A DNA stretch of 64,000 nt from Pseudomonadota bacterium (GTDB lineage Bacteria; Pseudomonadota; Alphaproteobacteria; Rhodobacterales; Rhodobacteraceae), in assembly GCA_039817245.1 (NCBI GenBank), contig JBCBWF010000001.1, positions 317 to 64,316 of the forward strand. The letters are read 5' to 3'. The notes under the pieces are model-generated. The model was given only the letters and a program-made list of their open reading frames with translations, made no database searches and was not told the DNA's origin. Within the stretch, counting starts at the first letter, position 1. Every line of letters starts with the position of its first letter. Both the position numbers and the translations under genes were made by a program. Below are positions 34,651 through 44,297 of this stretch, piece after piece.

Positions 34651-35361
34651 GTGGATCCGCTCGCCCCCCTCACCGCCGCAGAGTGGGAAGCGGTGCGCCT
34701 GTCGCTGCGGGTCTCATTCTGGGCAACCGTTGCGAGCCTGCCCTTCGGCATCGGCGTCGCGCTGCTCCTCACGCGCGGCAGGTTCTGGGGCCGGCCGGTG
34801 CTGGACGGGCTCGTCCATCTGCCGCTCATCCTGCCACCGGTCGTCACGGGCTATGCGCTTCTCCTCCTCTTCGGCCGGCAGGGCCCGCTCGGTGCCGCGC
34901 TGGCGGACTGGTTCGGCATAACGCTCGCCTTTCGCTGGACCGGCGCCGCGCTCGCCGCCGCGATCATGGGGTTTCCGCTGATGGTGCGGGCCATCCGCCT
35001 CGCCCTCGAAGCCGTGGATCCGAAGCTGGAGGAGGCAGCCGGCACGCTCGGCGCAGGACGGATCTGGACGTTTCTCCTCGTGACGCTGCCGTTGATCCTG
35101 CCGGGCATCCTGGCCGGCGCCGTGCTCGGCTTCGCGAAGGCCATGGGAGAGTTCGGGGCCACCATCACCTTCGTGTCGAACATCCCCGGAGAGACGCGCA
35201 CCCTGCCCTCGGCCGTCTACACGGCGCTGCAGGTGCCGGGGGGCGAGCCCTTGGCGCTGCGCCTCGCGCTCGTCTCGGTGGTCGTCGCGGTGCTGGCGCT
35301 CCTGCTGTCGGACCGGATCTCCCGCACGGTCGCCCGGCGCATCGCAGGGCGCGCGCGATGA
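34651..35361 (+). CDS. modB: Molybdate ABC permease
   Basis: HLPLILPPVVTG, EEAAGTLGA, GEFGATI, IPGETRTL. Confidence 0.93.
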   Translation: MDPLAPLTAAEWEAVRLSLRVSFWATVASLPFGIGVALLLTRGRFWGRPVLDGLVHLPLILPPVVTGYALLLLFGRQGPLGAALADWFGITLAFRWTGAALAAAIMGFPLMVRAIRLALEAVDPKLEEAAGTLGAGRIWTFLLVTLPLILPGILAGAVLGFAKAMGEFGATITFVSNIPGETRTLPSAVYTALQVPGGEPLALRLALVSVVVAVLALLLSDRISRTVARRIAGRAR

Positions 35362-36482
35362 GCGAGGAGACGCTCGAGATCCGGCTCGCGCACAGCTTCC
35401 CGGGGTTTCGCCTCGATCTGGACGTCGCGGCCCCCCCGGGGCTCACAGCGCTCTTCGGGCGCTCCGGCGCGGGAAAGACGACGGTGGTGAACGCCATCGC
35501 CGGGCTGCTGACCCCGCAGTCCGGCCGGATCGCGCTCGGCGCGCAGGTGCTGCTCGACACCGAACGGCGGATCGCGCTGCCCCGACATCGCCGGCGGGTC
35601 GGCTATGTGTTCCAGGAGGCGCGCCTCTTCCCCCATCTCTCGGTGCGCCGGAACCTGCTCTTCGGCCGCCGCTTCGCCCCGCGCGCTGCCCGGGGGCCGG
35701 GCCTGGACGAGGTGGTGAGCCTGCTCGGGATCGGCCATCTCCTCGCCCGCGCCCCGGTCGCCCTCTCCGGCGGTGAGGCGCAGCGCGTCGCGATCGGGCG
35801 CGCGCTCCTGTCTGCCCCGCGGCTTCTCCTGATGGACGAGCCGCTGGCGGCGCTCGACAACGAGCGGCGCGCCGAGATCCTGCCCTATATCGAGCGGCTG
35901 CGGGACAGTTTCGGGCTGCCCATCGTCTATGTCAGCCACTCGGTGCCGGAGATCGCGCGCCTGGCGACGACGATCATCGCGCTCGAAGCGGGGCGCGCCG
36001 CGCGCGCGGGGCCTGCCCCGGAGATCCTCTCCGATCCCGCGAGCTTCCCGCTCCTTGGCCGCCAGGAGGCCGGCGCGGTGCTCACGGCCACGATCCGCGC
36101 GCATGAGGCGGACGGGCTCAGCCGGCTCGAGGTGAGTGGAGGCACGCTTCTCGTGCCGCGGGTCGGAGAGCCGCCCGGCACGCGCCTGCGCGTGCGGATC
36201 CGCGCGCGCGACGTCATCCTCGCCCGCGAGGCGCCTGTCGGGCTCAGCGCGCTCAACGCCCTGCCCGCCACCGTGGACAGCATCGGCGCGGAGGACGGCC
36301 CCATCGTCGAGGTTGCGCTGCGCGCCGGCGACGACCGCATCCTCGCGCGTATCACGCGCCGCTCGCTCCGCGCCCTCGATCTCGAGCCCGGTTGCCGTTG
36401 CCATGCGGTCCTGAAGAGCGTGGCCATCGGCCGGCGCGACCTTGGCGGGTTCGAACCAAATCACAACTTGGCGGCCGATTGA
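35358..36482 (+). CDS. modC: Molybdate ABC ATP-binding protein
   Basis: GRSGAGKTT, LSGGEAQR, LLMDEP, YVSHS, C-terminal Mop/TOBE domain; ATGA overlap with modB. Confidence 0.93.
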   Translation: MSEETLEIRLAHSFPGFRLDLDVAAPPGLTALFGRSGAGKTTVVNAIAGLLTPQSGRIALGAQVLLDTERRIALPRHRRRVGYVFQEARLFPHLSVRRNLLFGRRFAPRAARGPGLDEVVSLLGIGHLLARAPVALSGGEAQRVAIGRALLSAPRLLLMDEPLAALDNERRAEILPYIERLRDSFGLPIVYVSHSVPEIARLATTIIALEAGRAARAGPAPEILSDPASFPLLGRQEAGAVLTATIRAHEADGLSRLEVSGGTLLVPRVGEPPGTRLRVRIRARDVILAREAPVGLSALNALPATVDSIGAEDGPIVEVALRAGDDRILARITRRSLRALDLEPGCRCHAVLKSVAIGRRDLGGFEPNHNLAAD

Positions 36483-36518
36483 CGCAGTATTGACCTCGGC
36501 GTCACCCTTATGCAAACT

Positions 36519-36606
36519 GTTCACATATTGGTGAACTTATTACTGTCGATTCGGATCCTCATCGGGACTTTCAATAGACGTTTATTTGATTTCCTGACAT
36601 CATCAA
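36519..36606. promoter_or_regulatory. AT-rich porin promoter with two dyad sites
   Basis: GTTCAC-N6-GTGAAC (36519-36536) and TTGAT-N11-ATCAA (36586-36606). Confidence 0.5.
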
Positions 36607-36718
36607 CTGTCGCAGTCCCTCCCTAGCGTGACCGGCATGTGTGGGGTTCGGGCCTTCCACCCGCCCGACCCCGAAGCCCGACGGCGGCATCAAGCCGCCC
36701 AGACATGCCGAGGGATCC

Positions 36719-38044
36719 ATGACCATTCACGCCAAACCGGCGCCGTTGCGTCTTGCCGTCACCGCGCTCGCGCTTTGCCTGCCGCTGCTCGCCGCGCCTG
36801 CCGCCGCTCAGTCCGTCCGCGACGAGATCGAAGCGCTGCGCCGCCAGGTGGACGAGGCCAATCGCGCGCTCGAAGCCGCCCTGCAGCGTATCGACGAGCT
36901 CGAAACCAAGCAGGAGGAGACGCAGGAGCAGGTCGCGGAGATCCCGAAGCCGCGCGTGCGCCCGGGCCGCAAGAACGTCGATCTCGAGGTCTATGGCCAC
37001 ATCAACCAGGCTTTCGCCTATTTCGACAACGGCCAGACCTCGCGGTTCGACGTGGTCGACAACGACAACTCCGGCTCTCGCCTGGGCTTCCGCGGCCGCT
37101 ACAAGTCGGGTGACTGGTCGGCCGGTGTGCGCCTGGAGGCGAGCTTCGAGGTCAACACGACCGACGAGCTGACCTTCGACAGCGACAGCGATCTCGGCAC
37201 CCTGGCCTCCTCGGACGACGGCGAATCCGATTTCCTCAGCGTCCGCCACGCCGATACCTTCTTCAGCCACAAGGACTACGGCACGATCAGCCTGGGCTTC
37301 GGGCCGATCGCGACCGAGGGCGTCTCGGAGACCGATCTCTCCGGCACCACGCTGATCTCCGAGTCGGATGTGGACGACATCGGCGGCGAGTTCCAGTTCG
37401 GCAACGACGACAACGCGCAGCTCGGCTCGGGCTTCGAGGTGGACGACTTCTTCTCGAACCTCGATGGCAGCCGCGACAGCCGCATCCGCTACGCAACCCC
37501 CCGCTTCGCGGGCGTGCAGGGTGTCGTGGCCATGCGCGTCGACGACGACGAGAACGGCGTCGGCCAGTTCTTCCCGGACGCCTCGCTCAACTACGAGGGC
37601 GAGGTCTCCGGCTTCGAGGTCGAGGCGCAGGGCGGCTACCGTCGCGAGGACGGCTCGAACACCTTCATCGCCTCGGCGTCCACCCTCGCCCCCTTCGGCA
37701 CCAGCCTCACCCTCGGCGGCGGCGTGGAAACCTTCGACGGCACGAACCCGCCGGACGCGGAGAACTTCGTCTTCGTGAAGCTCGGCCAGCAGCTCGATCT
37801 CTTCGAGTTCGGCAAGACCAAGTTCTCGGTGGATTTCTTCCGCGGACAGGACAACAGCCAGGCCGATCCGTTCACCGGCGAGCAGACCGAGGCGATCTCG
37901 GTCGGCGGCGGCGTCGTGCAGGAAGTGAAGCCGCTCGGCGCGGAGGTCTTCGCCGCGGGCCGCTTCTATGATGTCGATATCGGCGACGGCACGGACACGG
38001 ACAGCCTCTTCGTGCTCTTCACCGGTGCGCGGGTGCGGTTCTGA
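36719..38044 (+). CDS. Outer-membrane porin with N-terminal coiled-coil
   Basis: Signal peptide, heptad segment (IEALRRQVDEANRALEAALQRIDEL), VYGHINQ, SRLGFRG, alternating beta strands, C-terminal beta-signal GARVRF. Confidence 0.88.
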   Translation: MTIHAKPAPLRLAVTALALCLPLLAAPAAAQSVRDEIEALRRQVDEANRALEAALQRIDELETKQEETQEQVAEIPKPRVRPGRKNVDLEVYGHINQAFAYFDNGQTSRFDVVDNDNSGSRLGFRGRYKSGDWSAGVRLEASFEVNTTDELTFDSDSDLGTLASSDDGESDFLSVRHADTFFSHKDYGTISLGFGPIATEGVSETDLSGTTLISESDVDDIGGEFQFGNDDNAQLGSGFEVDDFFSNLDGSRDSRIRYATPRFAGVQGVVAMRVDDDENGVGQFFPDASLNYEGEVSGFEVEAQGGYRREDGSNTFIASASTLAPFGTSLTLGGGVETFDGTNPPDAENFVFVKLGQQLDLFEFGKTKFSVDFFRGQDNSQADPFTGEQTEAISVGGGVVQEVKPLGAEVFAAGRFYDVDIGDGTDTDSLFVLFTGARVRF

Positions 38045-38103
38045 TGGCAGGATCACGCAACGCGCCGGGCACCAGGATGCCCCGCCGGAAGGGAGGCTCG
38101 GCC

Positions 38104-38394
38104 ATGGTTGGTAGCAGGCGGCCATTCGCAGGCCTTCTCGGCGCGGCCCTGCTCCTCGCCGGCTGCAGCGACATCCCGGTGGAACCGGCCGAGCCGGCCA
38201 CCTGGAGCAAGGATATCTGCAACGACTGCGGCCCCGGCCTTCTCACCGACGAGCGCGGGACCTTCTCGCTCAGCGATGAGATCTGGGGCGTGGACGAGCC
38301 GGCGGAGCAGGCGCCGGTGCAGCCGACCAAGCGCCGCGCGCTCTTTCAGGAGACCGAGACGGGCCTCTATGTCCGTGTCGCGCCGATCGAATGA
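38104..38394 (+). CDS. Small lipoprotein with CxxC
   Basis: GGGAGG RBS; signal peptide II with lipobox LAG-C; CNDC in the mature part. Confidence 0.65.
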   Translation: MVGSRRPFAGLLGAALLLAGCSDIPVEPAEPATWSKDICNDCGPGLLTDERGTFSLSDEIWGVDEPAEQAPVQPTKRRALFQETETGLYVRVAPIE

Positions 38395-38635
38395 GCTGAG
38401 CGGGGCCGAACTGCGCTGAAGCGGGACGTTAGCGCGGAGATCGCGCCACAGCCTGTACCGCTTTGGCGCAGAACGCTCCTTGCGACCGGGCACGACTCGA
38501 CGCTCGGCAATCCTTGACGCTATTGTCCGGCCAAGCGGTTTCTGTCGCCGCTGGCGCGGAGCATTGCGGCATGCCGTGTCAGGACGGCCGAGGCTGCCTC
38601 TTGCAGGGTCCGCCTGCAGACGAGGAGCGCCCTTC

Positions 38636-39541
38636 GTGCCAAAGCTCGCCATCCTGCTGCCCGACATTGTGGACAGCACGCCGCTCTACATCGCTCGCGG
38701 AGACGACGCGGCGCTGAAGGAGATCGGCCGCTGCCTCGACATGATGCGCGGCGTGATCCAGGATCTCGGCGGTCGCTGCGTGCACACCAAGGGCGACGAC
38801 ATCCTGAGCGTGTTCGAGGACCCGGCCGCGGCACTCGAGGCGGGCGACGAGATCCTCAACGAAACCGCCGACGACATGCTGAAGATCCATGCGGGCCTCC
38901 ATTTCGGCAGCGTGATCGAGGCGCGCGGCGCGGTCTTCGGCGAGGCGGTCATCCTCTGCGCCCGGCTTGCCAGCATGGCCAAGCCCGGGGAGCTGCTGGC
39001 CAGCCGCGCCTTCGTGGACGCGCTCGGCGAGGACCATCCGACGAGCCTGCGCCGCATCGATCCGATCCTGCCCAAAGGGAGCACGCGGCGCGTGCCGGTG
39101 TTCTCGCTGACCGTGAACCCGGATGCCCGGCTCCACCACACCGATCTGGATTTCGGCAATCCGGTGCTGCGCAGCATCGCCAATACGGGGACCAACTCCG
39201 GTCTCGGCGCCGCGCATCCGGACGCGCAGCTGCGCCTCGAGCATTATGGCGAGGAGCATCTCCTGTCATCGGACAAGCTCTTCGTCTTCGGCCGCGCGCC
39301 GGAATGCGATCTCGTCGCGCGCGCGCCCTGGGTGTCGCGCCGGCATGCGACGATCGCCTTGAAGCGCGGCCGGATCGAGCTCAGCGACCAGAGCTCGCTC
39401 GGCACCTATGTGCTGCTGGCGGGAAGCACGCAGTTCCATGTGCACCGCGAAACCGTGATCCTGCCCAGCGAGGGCGTGATCTCACCGGTGCTGAAGGCGA
39501 CGGATGAGCGCGCCGAACTGCTCCGCTTCTCGCTCGTCTGA
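38636..39541 (+). CDS. Class III adenylate/guanylate cyclase-like domain fused to an FHA domain
   Basis: PDIVDST, KGDD, AGLHFG, FGEAV..ARL; FHA motifs FGRA, VSRRHA, SSLGT; GAGGAG RBS before the GTG. Confidence 0.85.
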   Translation: MPKLAILLPDIVDSTPLYIARGDDAALKEIGRCLDMMRGVIQDLGGRCVHTKGDDILSVFEDPAAALEAGDEILNETADDMLKIHAGLHFGSVIEARGAVFGEAVILCARLASMAKPGELLASRAFVDALGEDHPTSLRRIDPILPKGSTRRVPVFSLTVNPDARLHHTDLDFGNPVLRSIANTGTNSGLGAAHPDAQLRLEHYGEEHLLSSDKLFVFGRAPECDLVARAPWVSRRHATIALKRGRIELSDQSSLGTYVLLAGSTQFHVHRETVILPSEGVISPVLKATDERAELLRFSLV

Positions 39542-39598
39542 GCCGCCCGCTCAGCGCGTCATGGCGAGACACGCGCATCCCGCAGGCGGCGCACCGCG

Positions 39599-40444
39599 CT
39601 AATCGGCATAGCCGAAGAACGGGAAGGGGCCAGGATGGACGTCGATGAAGCTCACGCTCGAGGTGAGCCGCCCCAACGGATCCTCGGCCACGGGCTCCCA
39701 GACATGGAGAAGCGCCGCGCCGGGCTCGAGCCGGAAGGCGGGTTCCGCGCCCGGGGCGTGACAGAGGGCGACGGCATGCGCCGGCGCCGGCGCGATCGCC
39801 ATGCTCACCCCCTGCTGGGCGCAGAGGATACTGCGATGCACATGCCCGCAGGCGAGCAGCAGGACGCAGGGATGGCGCGCGGCCAGATCGATCAGCGCAT
39901 CGCCGTTGCGCAGGCGCTGCACGTCCATATGCCCGATGCCCGTGTCGAAAGGCGGGTGGTGCATGAAGACCAGCGTCGGCAACGCCTCGGTGAGGAGCTC
40001 CGTCTCCAGCCAGACGAGTTGGTCGTGCGAGAGCATCCCGTGCGGCGCGCCCGGCACCGTGGTGTCGAGCCCGATGAGCCGCATCGATCCGACCCGTGCG
40101 GCCCAGTCCATCGGGCCGGGACCGGGCGGCAGATGCGTCGTCTCGACGAAGGCCGCACGCATGCCGTCGCGCGTGTCGTGATTGCCCGGAAGCAGGAAGA
40201 GGCGGTCGCGGAGCGGCGCAGTCAGGGCCCGGAAGGCGCGGTAGGCCGCCGCCGATCCGTCCTCCGCCACATCGCCGGAAACGACGATGGCGTCGATCGC
40301 GCCACAATCCTCCTCCAGCGCGGACACATGGGCGACCATGCGGGCGAGCGCATCGGCCGTATCGACCTTGCCGTAAGCGAGCACACCGGGCGGGCAGATA
40401 TGCGTGTCGGAGATCTGCAGGATACGCACGCGTCGTTCGCTCAT
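39599..40444 (-). CDS. Metallophosphoesterase, CpdA/GpdQ-like phosphodiesterase
   Basis: SDTH, SGDV, PGNHD, HHPP, GHVH. Confidence 0.9.
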   Translation of the reverse strand: MSERRVRILQISDTHICPPGVLAYGKVDTADALARMVAHVSALEEDCGAIDAIVVSGDVAEDGSAAAYRAFRALTAPLRDRLFLLPGNHDTRDGMRAAFVETTHLPPGPGPMDWAARVGSMRLIGLDTTVPGAPHGMLSHDQLVWLETELLTEALPTLVFMHHPPFDTGIGHMDVQRLRNGDALIDLAARHPCVLLLACGHVHRSILCAQQGVSMAIAPAPAHAVALCHAPGAEPAFRLEPGAALLHVWEPVAEDPLGRLTSSVSFIDVHPGPFPFFGYAD

Positions 40445-41526
40445 CGGCCGTCTCCATTGGTCTTCTCGTCGGCCTCCGGCGCGAGAAACAGCATGTCGCG
40501 CGGTGCGATGGAGAGGCCGACACGGCTGCCCTCGCCCGGCACCTCGGCCCCCGGTGCATCCACCGTGAGCGGCCCCTCCGCCGCGCCTTCGACGACAAGC
40601 CGGCAGCGCCCGCCGAGAAAGAGCGCGCGCCGGACCGTGCCCTGCAGGCTCGCCCCCTCCGGCGCCGCGAGCGCGATGGCCTCGGGGCGGACGAAGACAG
40701 CGCGGTCGGCAGCCGCACCCTCCGGCAAGGCGAGGCTGCCGCCGGGCAGATGCAGCCGCCCCTCGCCGACCCGGCCGCCGAGCGCATTCGCACCGCCGAC
40801 GAAACGGGCGACGAAGGCGTCGGCCGGCTGGCTGTAGAGGATGCGCGGCGGCGCAAGCTGGCGCACCCGGCCCGCATCGAGCACCGCCACGCGATCCGCG
40901 ATCGCCATGGCCTCCGACTGATCGTGGGTCACGAAGACCGCGGTGGTGCCGAGGCGGCGGAGAAGCTCCGCCAGCTCGTCGCGCAGCGCCTCGCGCAGGC
41001 CCGCATCGAGGGCGGAGAGCGGCTCGTCCAGCAACAGCGCGCGGGGCCGCACGGCAACGGCCCGCGCGAGGGCCACGCGCTGGCGCTGGCCGCCGGAGAG
41101 CGCGGTGACCCGCCGGTCCGCCAGCTCCGCGATCCGGCAGAGCGCGAGGACTTCGGCGACCCGCGCTTCCGCCTCGCCGCGCGCCACGCGCTGCACGCGG
41201 AGCCCGTAGCCGACATTTCCCCGCACCGTCAGGTTGGGGAAGAGGGCGTAGGACTGGAAGACCATGCCGACGCGCCGGCGCTCGATCGGCACCGCGGTCA
41301 CGTCCTCGCCGTCGAAGCATACGGAGCCGCCCGGGTCCGGCGCCGCAAGCCCCGCAATGATGCGCAGCATCGTGGTCTTGCCGCAGCCCGAGGGACCGAG
41401 CAGCGCCAGGATCTCACCGGTCGCGATCTCCAGATCCGTGGGCAGCAGCGCCCGTGCGCCCCCTGAAAAGGTCTTCGCGCAGGACCGAAGGCTGATCGCT
41501 GCCCCGCTTCGCGCCCGTTCGGTCAT
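40441..41526 (-). CDS. ABC transporter ATP-binding protein
   Basis: GPSGCGKTT, LSGGQRQR, LLLDEP, FVTHDQ. Confidence 0.92.
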   Translation of the reverse strand: MTERARSGAAISLRSCAKTFSGGARALLPTDLEIATGEILALLGPSGCGKTTMLRIIAGLAAPDPGGSVCFDGEDVTAVPIERRRVGMVFQSYALFPNLTVRGNVGYGLRVQRVARGEAEARVAEVLALCRIAELADRRVTALSGGQRQRVALARAVAVRPRALLLDEPLSALDAGLREALRDELAELLRRLGTTAVFVTHDQSEAMAIADRVAVLDAGRVRQLAPPRILYSQPADAFVARFVGGANALGGRVGEGRLHLPGGSLALPEGAAADRAVFVRPEAIALAAPEGASLQGTVRRALFLGGRCRLVVEGAAEGPLTVDAPGAEVPGEGSRVGLSIAPRDMLFLAPEADEKTNGDGR

Positions 41527-42311
41527 TGCACCCGCCCTGCCCGCGCGGCTGCGAGCTGCATCGCGGCCAGAAGCGGCGCGATCATCACGAAGAACACCAG
41601 CGTATAGGCCGAGGCGATCTCGAGGCGCATCGACGCGTAGCTGTCCGCCAGCCCCACCGGCAAAGTCTTGGTGAGCGGCGTGTGCAGCATCCAGGTGAGG
41701 TTGAACTCGCCCACCGAAAGCGTGACCACCGTCAGCGAGCCGGCGAGGATCCCCGGCACCGCGTTCGGCACGGCAACGGTCCAGAAGCGCTGCCAGGGCG
41801 TGGCGCCGAGGGAGGCCGCGCTCTCCTCCATCGCCTCGAGATCGATCACGGCGAAGACCGCCATGACGGCGCGGATCATGAAGGGCAGTGTGTAGAGCAC
41901 ATGTCCAACGAGGATAAAGAGCCAGGAGAGGCGGAACTCGGAGAACCCGCCGTAGAGCTGCAGCAGCGCGAGGGCCAGCGCCAGGCCGGGGATCGCGACC
42001 GGCAGCGCGACCACCTCCTCGATTGCGCGCGCGAGCGGGCCTCGCAGCTTGGTGAGCGCCCAGGCCGCCGGCACGCCGATCACCAGCGTGAGGAGGAGGC
42101 AGGCCAGCGCGATGCGGAGCGAGAGCCAGATACTGTCCGCATAGAGCCGCCAGACCTCCCCGACCCATTTCAGGGTGAGCCCGCTCGAGAGGCCGCGAAA
42201 ATAGTTCTCCGTCACGCCCGCGAGAATGGACATCACCGCCGGCACGATGAGAAAGGCAGCGGCCAGAAGCGTGACGCCGAGCTGCAGGGCGAAGATCGGG
42301 CGTGAGCGCAT
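41523..42311 (-). CDS. ABC permease
   Basis: TM helices; EESAASLGA; GEFNL; TLPVGL. Confidence 0.9.
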   Translation of the reverse strand: MRSRPIFALQLGVTLLAAAFLIVPAVMSILAGVTENYFRGLSSGLTLKWVGEVWRLYADSIWLSLRIALACLLLTLVIGVPAAWALTKLRGPLARAIEEVVALPVAIPGLALALALLQLYGGFSEFRLSWLFILVGHVLYTLPFMIRAVMAVFAVIDLEAMEESAASLGATPWQRFWTVAVPNAVPGILAGSLTVVTLSVGEFNLTWMLHTPLTKTLPVGLADSYASMRLEIASAYTLVFFVMIAPLLAAMQLAAARAGRVQ

Positions 42312-42312
42312 C

Positions 42313-43119
42313 TCAGCCCCCCGCCGCCACAGTGTCGCCCGCGAGGCTCCGCGCCAGCAGCAGAAGCGCCCAGGTGACGATGCCGAGCACCACGGAGAGC
42401 GCCGCCGCCGTTGCGATATTCGCCGAGAGCGTGAACTCGGTGTAGATGACCATCGCCAGCACATCGATATCCGTGGCCAGCGTGAAGGCGGTGCCGAAAG
42501 CGCCCATGGCGGTGGCGAAGGCGATCGCGCCGGAGGCGATGAGCGCGGGCGCGAGGCCCGGCAGGATCACGTCGCGCAACACCGCGAAGGGCGGCGCGCC
42601 GAGCGACCGGGCAGCTTCCTCCAGCGCGGGATCGAGCTTCTCCGCCGCGGCCATCACCGTGAGCAGCACTCTCGGTATCGAGAAATAGAGGTAGCCGAGG
42701 AAGAGCCCGGTCAGCGAATAGGCGAACACGGCGCGGGTGCCGAGCAGTTCGCGGCTGACGGTGTTCAGAAGGCCCTGCCGGCCGGCCAGCAGGATGATCA
42801 TGAAGCCGACCACCACGCCCGGCAGCGCGAGCGGAAAAGTGAGCGCCGCGATCAGCGGCTGGCGCCCGGGAAAGCGGTGGCGCGAGAGCAGAAGCGCCGC
42901 GGTCGTGGAGACCGCCAGCGCAGCGACGGTCACGGCCGCGGAGACCAGCACCGTGTCGCGCAGAGCAGCGAGGTAGCGCGGATTGGTCAGCACCTCGAGA
43001 TAGAGCGCAGCGCCTGCCTCGCCCTCGGTCGAGGCGAGCACGAGCCGCACCAGCGGCAGCGCAAGGAAGAGGAGCCCGAAGACACCGAGCGGTGCGAGCA
43101 TCAGCAGTAGGATACGCAT
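42313..43119 (-). CDS. ABC permease
   Basis: TM helices; EEAARSLGA; AMGAFGT. Confidence 0.9.
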   Translation of the reverse strand: MRILLLMLAPLGVFGLLFLALPLVRLVLASTEGEAGAALYLEVLTNPRYLAALRDTVLVSAAVTVAALAVSTTAALLLSRHRFPGRQPLIAALTFPLALPGVVVGFMIILLAGRQGLLNTVSRELLGTRAVFAYSLTGLFLGYLYFSIPRVLLTVMAAAEKLDPALEEAARSLGAPPFAVLRDVILPGLAPALIASGAIAFATAMGAFGTAFTLATDIDVLAMVIYTEFTLSANIATAAALSVVLGIVTWALLLLARSLAGDTVAAGG

Positions 43120-43153
43120 GCTGTCCCCTCCCCTTCGCGCCAGGCGAGAAAGA

Positions 43154-43176
43154 CGGGCGGGCTGAGCGCCCGCCCG
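43154..43176 (-). terminator. Stem-loop between the SBP gene and the first permease (partial terminator or mRNA stabiliser)
   Basis: CGGGCGGGC-N5-GCCCGCCCG followed on the minus strand by TCTTTCTC. Confidence 0.55.
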
Positions 43177-43182
43177 CTCAGC

Positions 43183-44190
43183 TCACTCGACTTCCGAGAG
43201 ATAACGCTCGCCGAAGCCGGCCTGGACCTTCTCCATCTTCGCGTAGTCCACCGGCTTGGCGCGCTCGTACTCGCTGTCCGGCAGGAACTTGTTGGCCACT
43301 TCCTCCGGCAGCTCGACCGGGCGGGCGGGCTTCAGATACGCGTTGGTCCAGATCGCCTGGCCCTTGTCCGACATGATGAAGTCCAGCATCTGCTGGCCCT
43401 TCTCCGGGTTCGGGCCGTTCGCCACGAGGCTCATCACATACGGCACCACCACCGAGCCCTCGCAGGGCAGCACGAACTCGAAGTTGCCGTCTTCGGTGTA
43501 TTTCGCGCGGTAGGCGTTGAAGTCGTAATCGAAGAGGATCGGGATCTCGCCGGAGACGACGCGGGCATACGAGGTCTGCTTCGGCACGATCGGGTCGTTC
43601 TTGCCGAGGTCGTTGAAGTACTTGATCGCGGCGTCGAAGTTGTCGAGATCGCCGCCGAAGGCCCGGTTCACGGCCACCGCACCGGCATAGCCCACGAAGG
43701 CCGAGGACGGGTCGAGATAGCCGACCATGCCCTCATAGTCGGGCTTGGTGAGATCGGCCCAGCAGGCCGGCACCGGCGCACCGCCGAGAGCGTCGACATT
43801 CACGAACAGGCCGAGCGTGCCGTAGTGCACGGTGAACCAGCGGCCCTCGGGATCCTTCAGACCCTCCGGGATCTCGTCCCAGCCGGCCGGCTTGTAGGCG
43901 GTGGCCACGCCCTCGTCGCCCGCCTTGATGCCGAAGGTCACGCCGTAATAGGCGATGTCGGCCACCGGGGCCTCCTTCTCGGCGAGAAGCTGGCTGAGCG
44001 TCTGGCCCGAATTCTTGTTGTCGTGCGGCATCGCGATGCCGAGCTCGGCCTCGATCGCCTCCAGCATCGAGGCCCAGTCGGCCCATTGCGGCGGGCAGTT
44101 GTAGCAGATCGCGTCGGCCGCGGAGGCGGGGGCGACGGGACCGGCGAGGCAGACGACGGCGAGGGCGGTGGCAGCGGTGATGTTGCGCAT
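43183..44190 (-). CDS. ABC substrate-binding protein (AfuA/PhnS-like cluster)
   Basis: Sec signal peptide, CYNCPPQWADW, NKNSGQ, DPSSAFVG, YDFNAY. Confidence 0.9.
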   Translation of the reverse strand: MRNITAATALAVVCLAGPVAPASAADAICYNCPPQWADWASMLEAIEAELGIAMPHDNKNSGQTLSQLLAEKEAPVADIAYYGVTFGIKAGDEGVATAYKPAGWDEIPEGLKDPEGRWFTVHYGTLGLFVNVDALGGAPVPACWADLTKPDYEGMVGYLDPSSAFVGYAGAVAVNRAFGGDLDNFDAAIKYFNDLGKNDPIVPKQTSYARVVSGEIPILFDYDFNAYRAKYTEDGNFEFVLPCEGSVVVPYVMSLVANGPNPEKGQQMLDFIMSDKGQAIWTNAYLKPARPVELPEEVANKFLPDSEYERAKPVDYAKMEKVQAGFGERYLSEVE

Positions 44191-44297
44191 CGGGGCTCTC
44201 CCTGGGGTTCGCGACAGTATGGATCGGAAGGGGGTCGGCGGTTGCGTCTATCGGTCGTTGCGTCGGTCGTTCGGGTGGCGGAGCGCCGCGGGGGCGC

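Noticed and set aside
44241-44271. Short overlapping direct repeats (GTTGCGTC, TCGGTCGTT) between lacI and the SBP gene
   Set aside because: Two imperfect copies only; too short for CRISPR, iterons or a convincing operator.
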